Part shown: piece after piece, positions 17,230-26,698 of the stretch
How positions within the stretch are numbered: the first letter of the stretch is position 1
Layout of the letters: each line of letters starts with the position of its first letter
DNA from: an uncultured Flavobacteriales bacterium
Lineage (GTDB): Bacteria; Bacteroidota; Bacteroidia; Flavobacteriales_F; PHOS-HE28
Assembly (NCBI GenBank): GCA_937872175.1
Contig: CALMPI010000019.1
Coordinates: 53,651-117,650 of the forward strand
Reading direction: 5' to 3'
DNA length: 64,000 nt
Position numbers and translations under genes: made by a program
Notes under the pieces: model-generated
What the model was told of the DNA's origin: nothing
What the model saw: the letters and a program-made list of their open reading frames with translations, nothing else
Database searches by the model: none

Positions 17230-18521
17230 GTCGGCTCAGGGTCTAACGCCAGCAGGCGTTTGCGCAGCATGTTCAGCGCCGCGATCGCGCTGCGCTTGAT
17301 CACCAGGTCGCGGCCGCCCGGGAAGAGGACCTGTGTGGACCGCACGCCATCGGGACCATCCACCGCGATCCATACGGTGCCCACGGGCTTCTCGGGCGTA
17401 CCCCCGTCAGGGCCGGCCACACCGCTGATCGCGATGCTCCAATCCGTCCGCAGGGCCTGGCGCACACCGCAGGCCATCTGCTCCACCACCGGCCGGCTCA
17501 CCGCACCGTTCAGTTCGAGCATGCCCGCCGGGATGCCCAGCTCCTCCATCTTCACGGCGTTCGCGTAGCTCACCACCCCGCCGATGTAGTAGGCCGAACT
17601 GCCGGGCACGCTGGTGATCAGGTGGCTGAGGTAGCCGCCGGTGCAGCTCTCGGCCAGGCTCAGCGACTGGCCCGCCCGCCGCAAAAGGCCGCCGACCACC
17701 TCCTCGAGCCGGGCCGTGCCCTCGCCGAACACCAGGTCGGGGATCAAGGCGCGCAGCTCGTCCGCCTTGCGATCCACTCGTTCGCGGGCCTCCTTCGCCT
17801 CGCGGTTGGCATAGGCGCTCAACCGCAGCTTCACCAAGCCCGGGCTGGGGAGGTAGGCCAGCTTGATGCCCGTGCCTTCGAGCCCCTCCTCCCAGGCCGC
17901 GATCCGCATGGCCACCTGGCTCTCCCCGGCCCCGGTGGTGAGCAATGTGCGATGCACGATCACCGGGGGCGCGAAGGTGGCACGCAGCCGCGGCAGCACT
18001 TCCACCTCCATCATCGCCTTCAGCTCGTAGGGCACTCCGGGCAGGCTGACGAACACGCGGGGCGCTCCGCGGTCGTCGCGCGGGCGCTCGAACCACATGC
18101 CGCTGGCCGTGCCATGCATGTTGGGGATCACCGTGCACGACTCCGGCAGGTCCGCCTGCGACCGGTTCATGTCCAGCAGCGGCCTTCCCATCCGCGCGAA
18201 CAAGCCCTCGATGCGGGCCTCGACCTCCGGCCGCCGCGTCAGCCGGGTGCCGAAGAACGTGCAGAGGGTATGCTTGGTGATGTCGTCCTTGGTGGGGCCC
18301 AGCCCGCCGGTGATCAGCACCACGTCCGCAGTGGCCGCGGCCAGCGTGCTCAGGATCCTGTCCCGGTCATCGCCGATGGTGCGCACCTCCATGGGCCGGA
18401 TGCCCTGAAGGGACAGCTGTTCACCCAGCCAGGAGGCGTTGGTGTTGATGGTCTGGCCGATCAGCAGCTCGTCGCCGATGTTGATGATCCCGGCCGTGAT
18501 CTCGTGCACCTCCGCGCTCAT
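17226..18521 (-). CDS. cinA: Competence/damage-inducible protein CinA (MocF-like N-domain plus PncC-type NMN deamidase C-domain).
   Basis: [22 protein letters not shown]...[16 protein letters not shown] in the N-terminal domain and [31 protein letters not shown] in the C-terminal domain. Confidence 0.85.
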   Translation of the reverse strand: MSAEVHEITAGIINIGDELLIGQTINTNASWLGEQLSLQGIRPMEVRTIGDDRDRILSTLAAATADVVLITGGLGPTKDDITKHTLCTFFGTRLTRRPEVEARIEGLFARMGRPLLDMNRSQADLPESCTVIPNMHGTASGMWFERPRDDRGAPRVFVSLPGVPYELKAMMEVEVLPRLRATFAPPVIVHRTLLTTGAGESQVAMRIAAWEEGLEGTGIKLAYLPSPGLVKLRLSAYANREAKEARERVDRKADELRALIPDLVFGEGTARLEEVVGGLLRRAGQSLSLAESCTGGYLSHLITSVPGSSAYYIGGVVSYANAVKMEELGIPAGMLELNGAVSRPVVEQMACGVRQALRTDWSIAISGVAGPDGGTPEKPVGTVWIAVDGPDGVRSTQVLFPGGRDLVIKRSAIAALNMLRKRLLALDPEPT

Positions 18522-18546
18522 GCGCCGAAGGTCGCAATTGTGGCGC

Positions 18547-19830
18547 TCAAGGGACGACCACCCGAAGCGTGCGTGCCCGGCCGTCGCCAACGACCCGCAC
18601 CAGATGCACGCCCGATGCGGTACCATGGGTGGTGAGCACGCACCGGGTACCGGCCTCACGGACCCGGGCGCACAGCCGGCCCCGCATGTCGAGCAGTTCC
18701 ACCAAGCCCAACGGCTCCGGCGCGCTCACCACCACCCGCCCCGTCTCCTGGTGCACGGTGATGTCCTGGCCCGCGGGAGGGGCGCTCACGGACTGGCCCG
18801 TGTTGATGCAGGCCTCGTACAGCGTGAAGGGCAGTTCGTTCACCGTTCCCCCTGACACGAAGGGTTCGGACAAGGTCGAGGTGCCCATCGGGCCCGCGCT
18901 CACCCCGTATTGCAACTGACCGCCCACCGGTTGAGGCTGCACCATGGACAGGGTGTAGGACCCGGGCGGCAGGCATACGGTGGCCGTATCGAACTCCTGC
19001 GCCCCCAGCTCCAGGGTGCCGGTGAACACGGTGTTCCCGCCATCGTCCAGCAGGTCCCAATCGAACAGGCCGGTGACCATCGCTCCTCCGAAGTTGCCGA
19101 GATGGACCTGCACCGGTACGCACGGCACGGAGGGGCAAAGGGTGACGGTGACGGGCAGTTCGCAGGCCAGGGTATCGAAGAACCAGGTCCACAGATGCAG
19201 GGTGGCCTGGAACGGATCGGCCGGCACCTGGCCTCCTGGGTGTACGGCCAGCGTATGGATCTGGGGCCCTCCACCAATGCCGAAGAAGTTCGGCTGTTCG
19301 ACCGCCAGGGTATCTCCCTGGCCATCAAGCAGCACGAAAGCCGGGTAGTTGAACAGGTCGCTGCTGCCATTGGACACCATGACCTCAATGAGGTCCGTGT
19401 TGAACGGCGACCACTGCACGCCGAGCACGTCGAGGCTGTCGCAGGCCGTGGACAACGACCCGCCGGACACGACGAAGGTGTGCTCAGGCTGCGGAGCGAA
19501 GTCCCCCACGAAGGTGCCGTTGATGACGATCGTGTACGTGCCGGAAGGCAGGGGACCCAGCGGGATCAGCTCGGTATGCGGCACGATCACGGTGAAGCCA
19601 CCAGGGTCGGCGGCCACCACGTCCAGGGTCACCGTGCCACCGGTGACGCTGGCCGAAGCGCTGACGACGTAAGCGCCGGTGCTGCTCAGCCCACCGGACA
19701 AGGCGATGGTGATGTTGTCCTGCGGGGTGGGCGCGGTCGGCGTCACCGCGATCTGGTCGATATAGAAATAGGTCTGCGCCTGTGCGGCGAAGGCCATGAC
19801 CGACCATGCTGCGAGAAGGGTGCGTTTCAT
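18547..19830 (-). CDS. Hypothetical secreted protein with T9SS C-terminal sorting domain.
   Basis: Signal peptide MKRTLLAAWSVMAFAAQAQ. The C-terminal ~80 aa has the Por_Secre_tail character (...GVHLVRVVGDGRARTLRVVVP). Confidence 0.7.
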   Translation of the reverse strand: MKRTLLAAWSVMAFAAQAQTYFYIDQIAVTPTAPTPQDNITIALSGGLSSTGAYVVSASASVTGGTVTLDVVAADPGGFTVIVPHTELIPLGPLPSGTYTIVINGTFVGDFAPQPEHTFVVSGGSLSTACDSLDVLGVQWSPFNTDLIEVMVSNGSSDLFNYPAFVLLDGQGDTLAVEQPNFFGIGGGPQIHTLAVHPGGQVPADPFQATLHLWTWFFDTLACELPVTVTLCPSVPCVPVQVHLGNFGGAMVTGLFDWDLLDDGGNTVFTGTLELGAQEFDTATVCLPPGSYTLSMVQPQPVGGQLQYGVSAGPMGTSTLSEPFVSGGTVNELPFTLYEACINTGQSVSAPPAGQDITVHQETGRVVVSAPEPLGLVELLDMRGRLCARVREAGTRCVLTTHGTASGVHLVRVVGDGRARTLRVVVP

Positions 19831-19877
19831 GGAATGTGCTTCGACCTACGGACGTTCGGTACGCGCATGGCGCTGCC

Positions 19878-22793
19878 TCAGGGGTTCACCTCGAACCCGA
19901 ACAGCTCCGAGCGCTCCAGTTTCCGCACCGGTCCCAGGCGCTCCAACGCGGTCATGTCCATGGTGCTCTCCTTGCCGATGACGCAGTAGGTGTAGGGCCG
20001 GCCCTTGATCTCCCGGTCGAAGAAGGCCTTCATGTCCTGCAGGGTGATCTGCGGGATCCGCTCATACACCAGCTTGCGGACATCGGTGTCCAGGCCCCGA
20101 CGCCGGGCCGCATCCCATTGCCAGTAGATGTTCTCCCGGGTGATGCGGGTGCTGGCGATGACCTTGCGCGCCGCGGTTCGTGCACCCTCGAACTGGGCCT
20201 CGGCCATCGGCATGTCGTTCATCAGGATGAGCATCGCGTCCACCGCATCGGGCAGCTTGTCCGCCTGGGTGCCGATGAAGGCGCGCACATAGTGGGCCTC
20301 CTCCTTCTCGGCCGGGGTGGTGTAGCTCGCGTTCGCCCCATAGGCCAGGGCCTTCGATTCGCGGATCTCCTGGAACACGATGCTGCTGAGCCCGCTGCCG
20401 AAGTACTCATTGAAGAGCGCCGCGTAGGGCATTTTCTCCACATCGAACGGACCGGCCTTGCTCACCATCAACATCTCGGCCTGCACCATGTCGTATTCGG
20501 CGAAGAGGACCTCATTGCGTGTGGTCGGCACCTCGGGATACGCCCGCTCACCGGGCAACGCCATCAGCGCGGCGGGTGTGGGGTGCAGCTCACGCAACAG
20601 GGCCTCGACCTGATCGATGCCCTGCCTTCCATAGTGGAACACCCGGTGCTTGTAGGAGGTGAGCCGGTGGATGCGCGCCACCAGGTCGTCAGCCTTCAAC
20701 GCGTTCAGCTCGGCGTCCGTGAGCACATCATTGAACGGGGAGCGCGCACCGTAGCGGGCCTGGCTGTAGAGCGCTCCGGACAGCAACACGCCCTTGTTGC
20801 GCGCCTGGTCCTGTCGCTCCTTCCGCAGATCGGCGATCAGCCCGCGCAGGGCTGCTTCATCCGGCCGGCACCCGGCCAGCACATGCTCCAGCATCACGAC
20901 GCCCTCCCGCAGGTTCCGCTCCAGGCCGCTGAGGGTCACGTAGCACCGGTCGTTGCCCACGAACACGTCCAGCGAAAGGCCCAGCTTGAAGAGCTCCTTG
21001 CGCAGTTCGGGGGCGCTGTAGCGCGAGGTGCCCAGGTAGGGCAGGTACTTCACGGCCACCTCCAACGCCTTGTCATGGTCGGTGCCCATGTCCAGGATGT
21101 AGCGCAGGCTGAACAGCTCGTTGGACGGGTTGCGCACACTGGCGAGCTCGACCCCCTTCCCCAGGTCGCGCCGCTCGATGGCCGTGGCGAAGTCGACGAA
21201 TTCGGGGGCCAGCTCCGCACCGGGCACCTGCTCCCAGGCCCGTCTCCAGGCGCTCATGCCCTCCCGCTTGATGTCGATGGGCGTGATGCGGGGTTTGGTC
21301 ACCTTGTGCACGCCGGTGCGCTCGCCGGAGCGCTTGAGCACACAGACATGGTCGTCGCCCAGCCGCTCCTTCACGAAGGCCATCACCTGGTCCTTGGTGA
21401 TCGCGGCCATGCGGTCGTGCTCGGTGAGCACCTCCTCCCACTCCTTGCGCAGGATGAAGGCATCGGTCATGGCCGCAGCACGCCGGCCGTTGTTGTCGCT
21501 CCATTGACGGATGCGCCGCACCCTCAGGTCGTTCACCACGGCGCCGATGAGCCAGTCCTCGAAGCCGCCGCTGGCCAGCGCATCGAGCTGCTCCAAAGCC
21601 AGGTCGCGCGCCTGCTCCAGGGTCTGGCCCTCGCGGGGTTCGACCCGGATGTTGAACTCGCTGTGGTCGGCCTGTTCCAGGGCATAGGCGGAGGCGTCCA
21701 GGACCCGCTGCGCCTGCACCAGGTTGAGGTCGAACAGGCCCGCCCGACCATTGCTCAACAGGCCGGCCACCAGGTCGAGCATCCCGGGGTCGGTGCTTCC
21801 TGTGCCCCGGAACCGCCAGGCCAGCGTGGCCCACTCCCGGTCAGGTCCGGTGACCTCGGCCACCACCGGCCCGTTCAGCGGGCGTTCCGGGGCGTGTTCG
21901 AACCGAGGGACCTCGCGCGGGACCCACGAGCCGAAGTACTTGTCCACCAGCGCGATCGTCCGGTCGTGGTCGATGTCGCCCGCCAGTACCACGGCCATGT
22001 TGTTCGGAACGTACCATGTACTGAAGAAGGCGTGGATCTTCTCCATGCTCGGGTCCTTCAGGTGCTCACCGGTCCCCAGGGTGGTCTGTGTGCCATAGGG
22101 GTGGTGCGGGTAGAGCAGTTCGTTCTTCTTGTAGTAGGCCAGCCGGCCGTCGTTGTCCTGGCTGCGGTTGAACTCCTCGTAGACGGTCTCCAGCTCGGTG
22201 TGGAAGAGGCGCAGGACGCACTCCTGCATGCGCTCGCTCTCGATCATCATCCAGCGCTCGAGCTCGTCGCTCGGCACGTCGTTGATGTAGACCGTGCGTT
22301 CGGTGCTCGTGTAGGCGTTCGTTCCCCGTGCGCCGATGCTCTTCACCATCTTGTCGTATTCATTGGGTACGGCGAGGGCCGCGGCCAGATGGCTGAGGCT
22401 GTCAATGGCATGGTAGATGGCCTCGCGCCGGGCCTCGTCCCTGGTGTTGCGTCGCAGTTCGTACTGGTCGCTGATCGCCTGGAGCAGCCGCTGTTCCTCG
22501 GGCCAGTCGGACGTGCCGATGTGCGAGGTGCCCTTGAAGAGCATGTGCTCCAGGTAGTGGGCCAATCCGGTGGCGTCGGCCGGGTCGTTCTTGCTGCCGG
22601 CCCGCACGACGATGTTGGTCTGCACGCGCGGCGCGTCCGCGTTCCGGCTCAGCCACACCTGCAGCCCGTTGCCCAGGGTGTAGATGCGCGTGTCCGTGGG
22701 ATCGCCCGGCACCGCGCTGTACGGGTAACTGCGCTGGGCCAGCACAGGGACGGTGGCGCACAGGATGGAAAGGGTGAGCAGGGGGCGCATCAT
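19878..22793 (-). CDS. M16-family zinc metallopeptidase (insulinase/PqqL-like, double M16 unit, about 972 aa).
   Basis: Signal peptide MMRPLLTLSILCATVPVLAQ. Inverted zinc motif HYLEHMLFKG. A second M16-like half follows. Confidence 0.85.
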   Translation of the reverse strand: MMRPLLTLSILCATVPVLAQRSYPYSAVPGDPTDTRIYTLGNGLQVWLSRNADAPRVQTNIVVRAGSKNDPADATGLAHYLEHMLFKGTSHIGTSDWPEEQRLLQAISDQYELRRNTRDEARREAIYHAIDSLSHLAAALAVPNEYDKMVKSIGARGTNAYTSTERTVYINDVPSDELERWMMIESERMQECVLRLFHTELETVYEEFNRSQDNDGRLAYYKKNELLYPHHPYGTQTTLGTGEHLKDPSMEKIHAFFSTWYVPNNMAVVLAGDIDHDRTIALVDKYFGSWVPREVPRFEHAPERPLNGPVVAEVTGPDREWATLAWRFRGTGSTDPGMLDLVAGLLSNGRAGLFDLNLVQAQRVLDASAYALEQADHSEFNIRVEPREGQTLEQARDLALEQLDALASGGFEDWLIGAVVNDLRVRRIRQWSDNNGRRAAAMTDAFILRKEWEEVLTEHDRMAAITKDQVMAFVKERLGDDHVCVLKRSGERTGVHKVTKPRITPIDIKREGMSAWRRAWEQVPGAELAPEFVDFATAIERRDLGKGVELASVRNPSNELFSLRYILDMGTDHDKALEVAVKYLPYLGTSRYSAPELRKELFKLGLSLDVFVGNDRCYVTLSGLERNLREGVVMLEHVLAGCRPDEAALRGLIADLRKERQDQARNKGVLLSGALYSQARYGARSPFNDVLTDAELNALKADDLVARIHRLTSYKHRVFHYGRQGIDQVEALLRELHPTPAALMALPGERAYPEVPTTRNEVLFAEYDMVQAEMLMVSKAGPFDVEKMPYAALFNEYFGSGLSSIVFQEIRESKALAYGANASYTTPAEKEEAHYVRAFIGTQADKLPDAVDAMLILMNDMPMAEAQFEGARTAARKVIASTRITRENIYWQWDAARRRGLDTDVRKLVYERIPQITLQDMKAFFDREIKGRPYTYCVIGKESTMDMTALERLGPVRKLERSELFGFEVNP

Positions 22794-22968
22794 GGGTGGA
22801 TGGAATGCGGTGAAGGTGGTGAAAAGCACGACCCGGACCCGCATGTCGCCCGACCGCGGTCCCGAACCGAACGACCGCCCCGTTCCCTGGGCCGGCTCCA
22901 ACGATGCGGCCATGCCATGGAACGCAAAGGCCCCCGGGATCCCGGGGGCCTTCGTTCGGAAGGGCTGT

Positions 22969-24363
22969 TCAGCGAACGATCAGCCGCTCTTGCGCGAGCC
23001 GCTCCCCCTGAAGCATCTGCACGACGTAGGTGCCCGGCATCAGCCCGGACACATCGAGCTCCGCGGCCTGGCCGTCGATCGCGGGGGTGAAGCGTTGCCG
23101 CAGGACCAGCCGTCCATCGCTCGCGAGCACATGGACATCCACGGGCACCTCTCGTGACCAGGACTCCCCTTCGAGGGCGACGCGCACCGGCTCACCGGCG
23201 GTGGGATTCGGCCACAACAGGGCCTCGCCCGTGGTGAGCGCCTTGTCCCGAGCGTCATCCCCCGGTGTGGTGCCGATGGCCACCCAGCAGCTCGGCCCCC
23301 AGTTGCACCAGCTCTGTCCGGTGTCGTAGCTGATCCGTACGCGAACGTTGTAGGTGGTTCCGGCCACCAGTGGCTGGGTCACCCAGTTGAGGATGACACC
23401 CGAGGTGGGCAGGGCGATGCGACGCAGGTATCCCGCACCGGTGTTGCTGAACTCGAACTGGTACCGGTCAGCGCTCGTCCGCTTGAAGGCATACAGCCGG
23501 TCGCTTCCGCCGAAGATCCGCGTGACCCCACAGGAGAACTTCGGGTCGTTCGGGCGGTCGACCAGCCGGGTGGTGGCGCAGGGCGGTTTGACCGGGTTGA
23601 GGTACACGCGGCAGGCCGGACCGAACTCACGGTAGACGCCGGCGATGCGGGCCCGGATCCGCACGTTCAGCCACTGCTCCATCGGCACCGGCAGGGTCTG
23701 CAGCCAGGCGTAGTTCAGGTAGGAAGCCCGCTCCGGATCGTTCGAATCCCAACCGGTGTAGGTCCCGTTGTGGATGTACACGCGACGGGAGTAACTTCCG
23801 TTCGGATCGAACAGCCAGAACTGATAGCCGTAATTGGCGTTCTGCAAGGCCAGCTGCACCCCGGGCAGGTAGGCGGCCACGACGGCAGGTTCCGGATGCG
23901 CGATCAACAGATTGCCGTAGATCAGGTCGCTCCGGTCGCACAACGCCTCGATCAACCGGTCGGGACCGATGGGCACGCAGAACGGCGCATTGTTGGCCAC
24001 GGTGCTCACCGATCCGAAATCACCGTTGTTCCGGTTGTCGATGATGCGTTCACCGTTCACATCGTACAGAATGTAGTAGCCATTGGCGTTCAGGCCATCC
24101 CCGAAGCTGTCGAAGACCCGGAGGGTATAGCAGCCAGGGTCCACGCAACAACTGAGGTTCAACAGCGTGTTCGGGGTGTATCCGCCACCTGAGCAGAGCA
24201 CGTTCGACGTGCCCGCATCGGTGATCTCCCAGGACGTTTGAGAGGCATCCACATCCGTGCGCAGGGTCAGGGTCAACTCCTCGCTGCATCCGGGTTGGGC
24301 GTACAGCGGCAACACGATACCGTGGATGAGCACGGTGCCGATGATCACGATCGTTCTGTTCAT
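22969..24363 (-). CDS. T9SS-secreted protein consisting almost entirely of the conserved Cys-rich pre-CTD module plus Por-type C-terminal domain. It is a paralog of the C-terminal parts of 1-7182 and 39481-42444.
   Basis: Signal peptide MNRTIVIIGTVLIHGIVLPLYAQ. Motifs SWEI...CSGGGY...CCVDPGCYTLRVFDSFGDG, YGYQFWLFDPNGSYSRRVY, LNVRIRARIAGVYREFGPACR, SCGVTRIFGGSD and YQFEFS. CTD is ...LWPNPTAGE...YVVQMLQGERLAQERLIVR. Confidence 0.75.
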   Translation of the reverse strand: MNRTIVIIGTVLIHGIVLPLYAQPGCSEELTLTLRTDVDASQTSWEITDAGTSNVLCSGGGYTPNTLLNLSCCVDPGCYTLRVFDSFGDGLNANGYYILYDVNGERIIDNRNNGDFGSVSTVANNAPFCVPIGPDRLIEALCDRSDLIYGNLLIAHPEPAVVAAYLPGVQLALQNANYGYQFWLFDPNGSYSRRVYIHNGTYTGWDSNDPERASYLNYAWLQTLPVPMEQWLNVRIRARIAGVYREFGPACRVYLNPVKPPCATTRLVDRPNDPKFSCGVTRIFGGSDRLYAFKRTSADRYQFEFSNTGAGYLRRIALPTSGVILNWVTQPLVAGTTYNVRVRISYDTGQSWCNWGPSCWVAIGTTPGDDARDKALTTGEALLWPNPTAGEPVRVALEGESWSREVPVDVHVLASDGRLVLRQRFTPAIDGQAAELDVSGLMPGTYVVQMLQGERLAQERLIVR

Positions 24364-24547
24364 GGCGCTGGGCTTGGTCCCACAAGGTACCCGTGCCATC
24401 AGGCCCTTGTCCAGTCGCGAGGACCACGTTATCCACGATCGGGACGTGATCATCGCCTGCCGCACCGGGTCGCCGGCCCATGGTCATGATGGGCACGGTG
24501 CGAACCCTGAAGGCGCACGTGGCGCCACCGGCCTTCGTGGCCGACCC

Positions 24548-26698
24548 TCAGTCGACGGCGTAGTGCTTCGGGTCGGAGGCTCCGTTCACCACCACTTCCG
24601 TGACCGACAGGGACATGTCGACCGGGCCTTTCTGCACGATGAGATGCGCGAACAGCACCCCTTTCACCGCGCGATAGTCCTTCAGCTCGGAGGAGACCTT
24701 CAGGGTGCCCTCCGGGGTGGCCTTCATCTCCTCCCTGCGCAGTTTCAGACCCGAGGCCACGCTGTAGTACTCCGAGAAGGTCGACCCCATGTCCGTCATC
24801 ACCATCAGCTTGTACGCCTCCTCCCCGTTGACCTGAGCGGTGCCCGGCAGGACCAGGCGGCCCATCTTCGCATAGTGCAGCTCGGGGAAGGGCGGTGCGT
24901 TCATCTCCATCTCCTCCAGCTCCATCTCGATGATCTCCTCCACGCCCTCGGGGCTCGACCGCGTGGCGCGTGTGCCGTCGCATCGCACCTGTTGCAGCAC
25001 CGCCGCACCGCTGCGCATCTCCATGGCGTAGCGATCAGGCTCCGCGTTCCACTCGGTGACGGTCACCGGCATGCCCATCAAGGATGTGCTCATGCTGCGC
25101 TTCAGACTGCGGACACCTTCCACGGCCTCGCGACCGCCGATGGCCTTGAAATAGGCCTCAAGCACGGTCTGCGGGGTGACCCCGGCAGGCAGGGGCCCCA
25201 GCTCCTCCCTGTAGGGGTCCCCGTTCTCGTCCAGTTGGATCACGCCCCGCTCAAAACTGAGCGGAACAAGCTTGTTGCCCACCCGCTCCATGTCGCCCAC
25301 GACCAGGATCGCCGCGTTGTCCGGATGAAGGAACCGTTCGGCCGCGGCCATCACGCCTGCGGCGCTCACCGTGTCGAGCCGCTTGAGGTAGGTGGAGTAG
25401 TGGTCCTTGGGAAGGTCGTACAAGTAGGTGTTCAGCGCGAAGCGCGCCACCGTGCGGGGATCCTCCAGCGAACGGGCGAAGCTTCCGGCCATGTAGCTCT
25501 TCGCCAGGGCCAGTTCGTCCGGCTTCACGCCGTTCAAGCGCATGTGCTCCAGCTCGAACAGCATCTCGCTGGCGGCGCTGTCCGTCACTTCGGTGCGGAC
25601 GCTCGCCCCGGCGCTGAAATGGCCGCAATACCGGTCCGCATCCAGGCTGCTGTACGCTCCGTAGGTGTACCCCTTGTCCTCCCGCAGGTTCTGCATCAGG
25701 CGGGCATTGAAGACGCCTCCCCCGAGAACGGTGTTCATCACCTGACCGGCCTGCGCCATGGGGTCGTTCGGCTTGAGGTCCACCGGGAACAGCACCCGCA
25801 CCACGGATTGGGGCGCACCGGGACGGTCCACGATCGCGACGCGCCGTACGCGCGAAGGCCTGGGGGTCTTGGTCGGCCTCACCACCGCGCCAAGTCCCTC
25901 GACCTGCTCATGCCCGTTGGCATCCAAGGAGGCGGGGGTCGGCGCAGGCCGCCAGGGGCCGAACCGTTTCTCGGCGGCCAGCCTGGCCTCCTGCTCGGTG
26001 AGGTCGCCCACCAGCACCAAGTAGCCCTTTTCGGGCCGGAAGAACCGCCGGTAGTACGCTTCAAGGTGCTTGCGCTCCACCCGCCCCACGCTCTTCTCCG
26101 TGGGCACCTCACCATAGGGGTAGCCCTTGCTGAAGGTGAGCACGCGGCCCACCACATCGGCGACGGCGTCGGGATCGTCCTTCCGGCTCTGCAGGCCGCT
26201 GAGCATCCGCTTGCGCGCCTTTTCGAACTCGGCCTCGGGGAAGGTGGGCGTGGTCACCACGGCATGGACCACATCGAACAGTGCGCTGAAGTTCTTCTTC
26301 AGGCAGGAGGCATACACCCCGTCGCTGGACGTGCTCAGATCCCCCCCGAGCTGATCCACCGTCCGGTCGAGGGTCTCCTTGTCCATCGTCGATGTGCCGG
26401 AGGCGAGCACCTCTCCCATGAGGTCGATGTACCCGGCCTTCTCCCCCTGCATCACAGGTTCGATGTCGAACCGCACCTGGACGCTCACCAGTGGCTGCTG
26501 GTGATCCTCCACGAGGATGACCCGCATGCCGTTCTCCAGCATGAAGGTGGCGTGCTGCCCCACGTTCACGGCGGGGGCCGGCGCCGGTCTGGGCGGTTTG
26601 CTGCGATCGACCTGGGCGTTCATCGGCAGGGAATGGGTGAAGGCGGCCAGAAGCAGGCCGGCCACGGGGGTGGGTAGCAAGGCAGGGCGCATGATCAC
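24548..26698 (-). CDS. M16-family peptidase, non-catalytic (inactive-site) subunit-like, with C-terminal extension.
   Basis: M16 fold without the HxxEH motif. It overlaps the upstream catalytic M16 gene by 4 nt (ATGA), which is a typical two-gene M16 operon arrangement. Confidence 0.8.
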   Translation of the reverse strand: MIMRPALLPTPVAGLLLAAFTHSLPMNAQVDRSKPPRPAPAPAVNVGQHATFMLENGMRVILVEDHQQPLVSVQVRFDIEPVMQGEKAGYIDLMGEVLASGTSTMDKETLDRTVDQLGGDLSTSSDGVYASCLKKNFSALFDVVHAVVTTPTFPEAEFEKARKRMLSGLQSRKDDPDAVADVVGRVLTFSKGYPYGEVPTEKSVGRVERKHLEAYYRRFFRPEKGYLVLVGDLTEQEARLAAEKRFGPWRPAPTPASLDANGHEQVEGLGAVVRPTKTPRPSRVRRVAIVDRPGAPQSVVRVLFPVDLKPNDPMAQAGQVMNTVLGGGVFNARLMQNLREDKGYTYGAYSSLDADRYCGHFSAGASVRTEVTDSAASEMLFELEHMRLNGVKPDELALAKSYMAGSFARSLEDPRTVARFALNTYLYDLPKDHYSTYLKRLDTVSAAGVMAAAERFLHPDNAAILVVGDMERVGNKLVPLSFERGVIQLDENGDPYREELGPLPAGVTPQTVLEAYFKAIGGREAVEGVRSLKRSMSTSLMGMPVTVTEWNAEPDRYAMEMRSGAAVLQQVRCDGTRATRSSPEGVEEIIEMELEEMEMNAPPFPELHYAKMGRLVLPGTAQVNGEEAYKLMVMTDMGSTFSEYYSVASGLKLRREEMKATPEGTLKVSSELKDYRAVKGVLFAHLIVQKGPVDMSLSVTEVVVNGASDPKHYAVD

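Noticed and set aside
19806-23090. 1094-aa plus-strand ORF and other long antisense ORFs (4732-6036, 14582-15733, 24257-26677, 40498-42366, 43952-45835, 48821-51988, 56934-61004).
   Set aside because: Each lies opposite a gene with unambiguous homology (M16 peptidases, adhesin, ftsY, prfC, repeat protein, EF-G paralog). Their translations are Arg/Gly/Pro/His-rich without domains, as expected from GC3-rich antisense frames.
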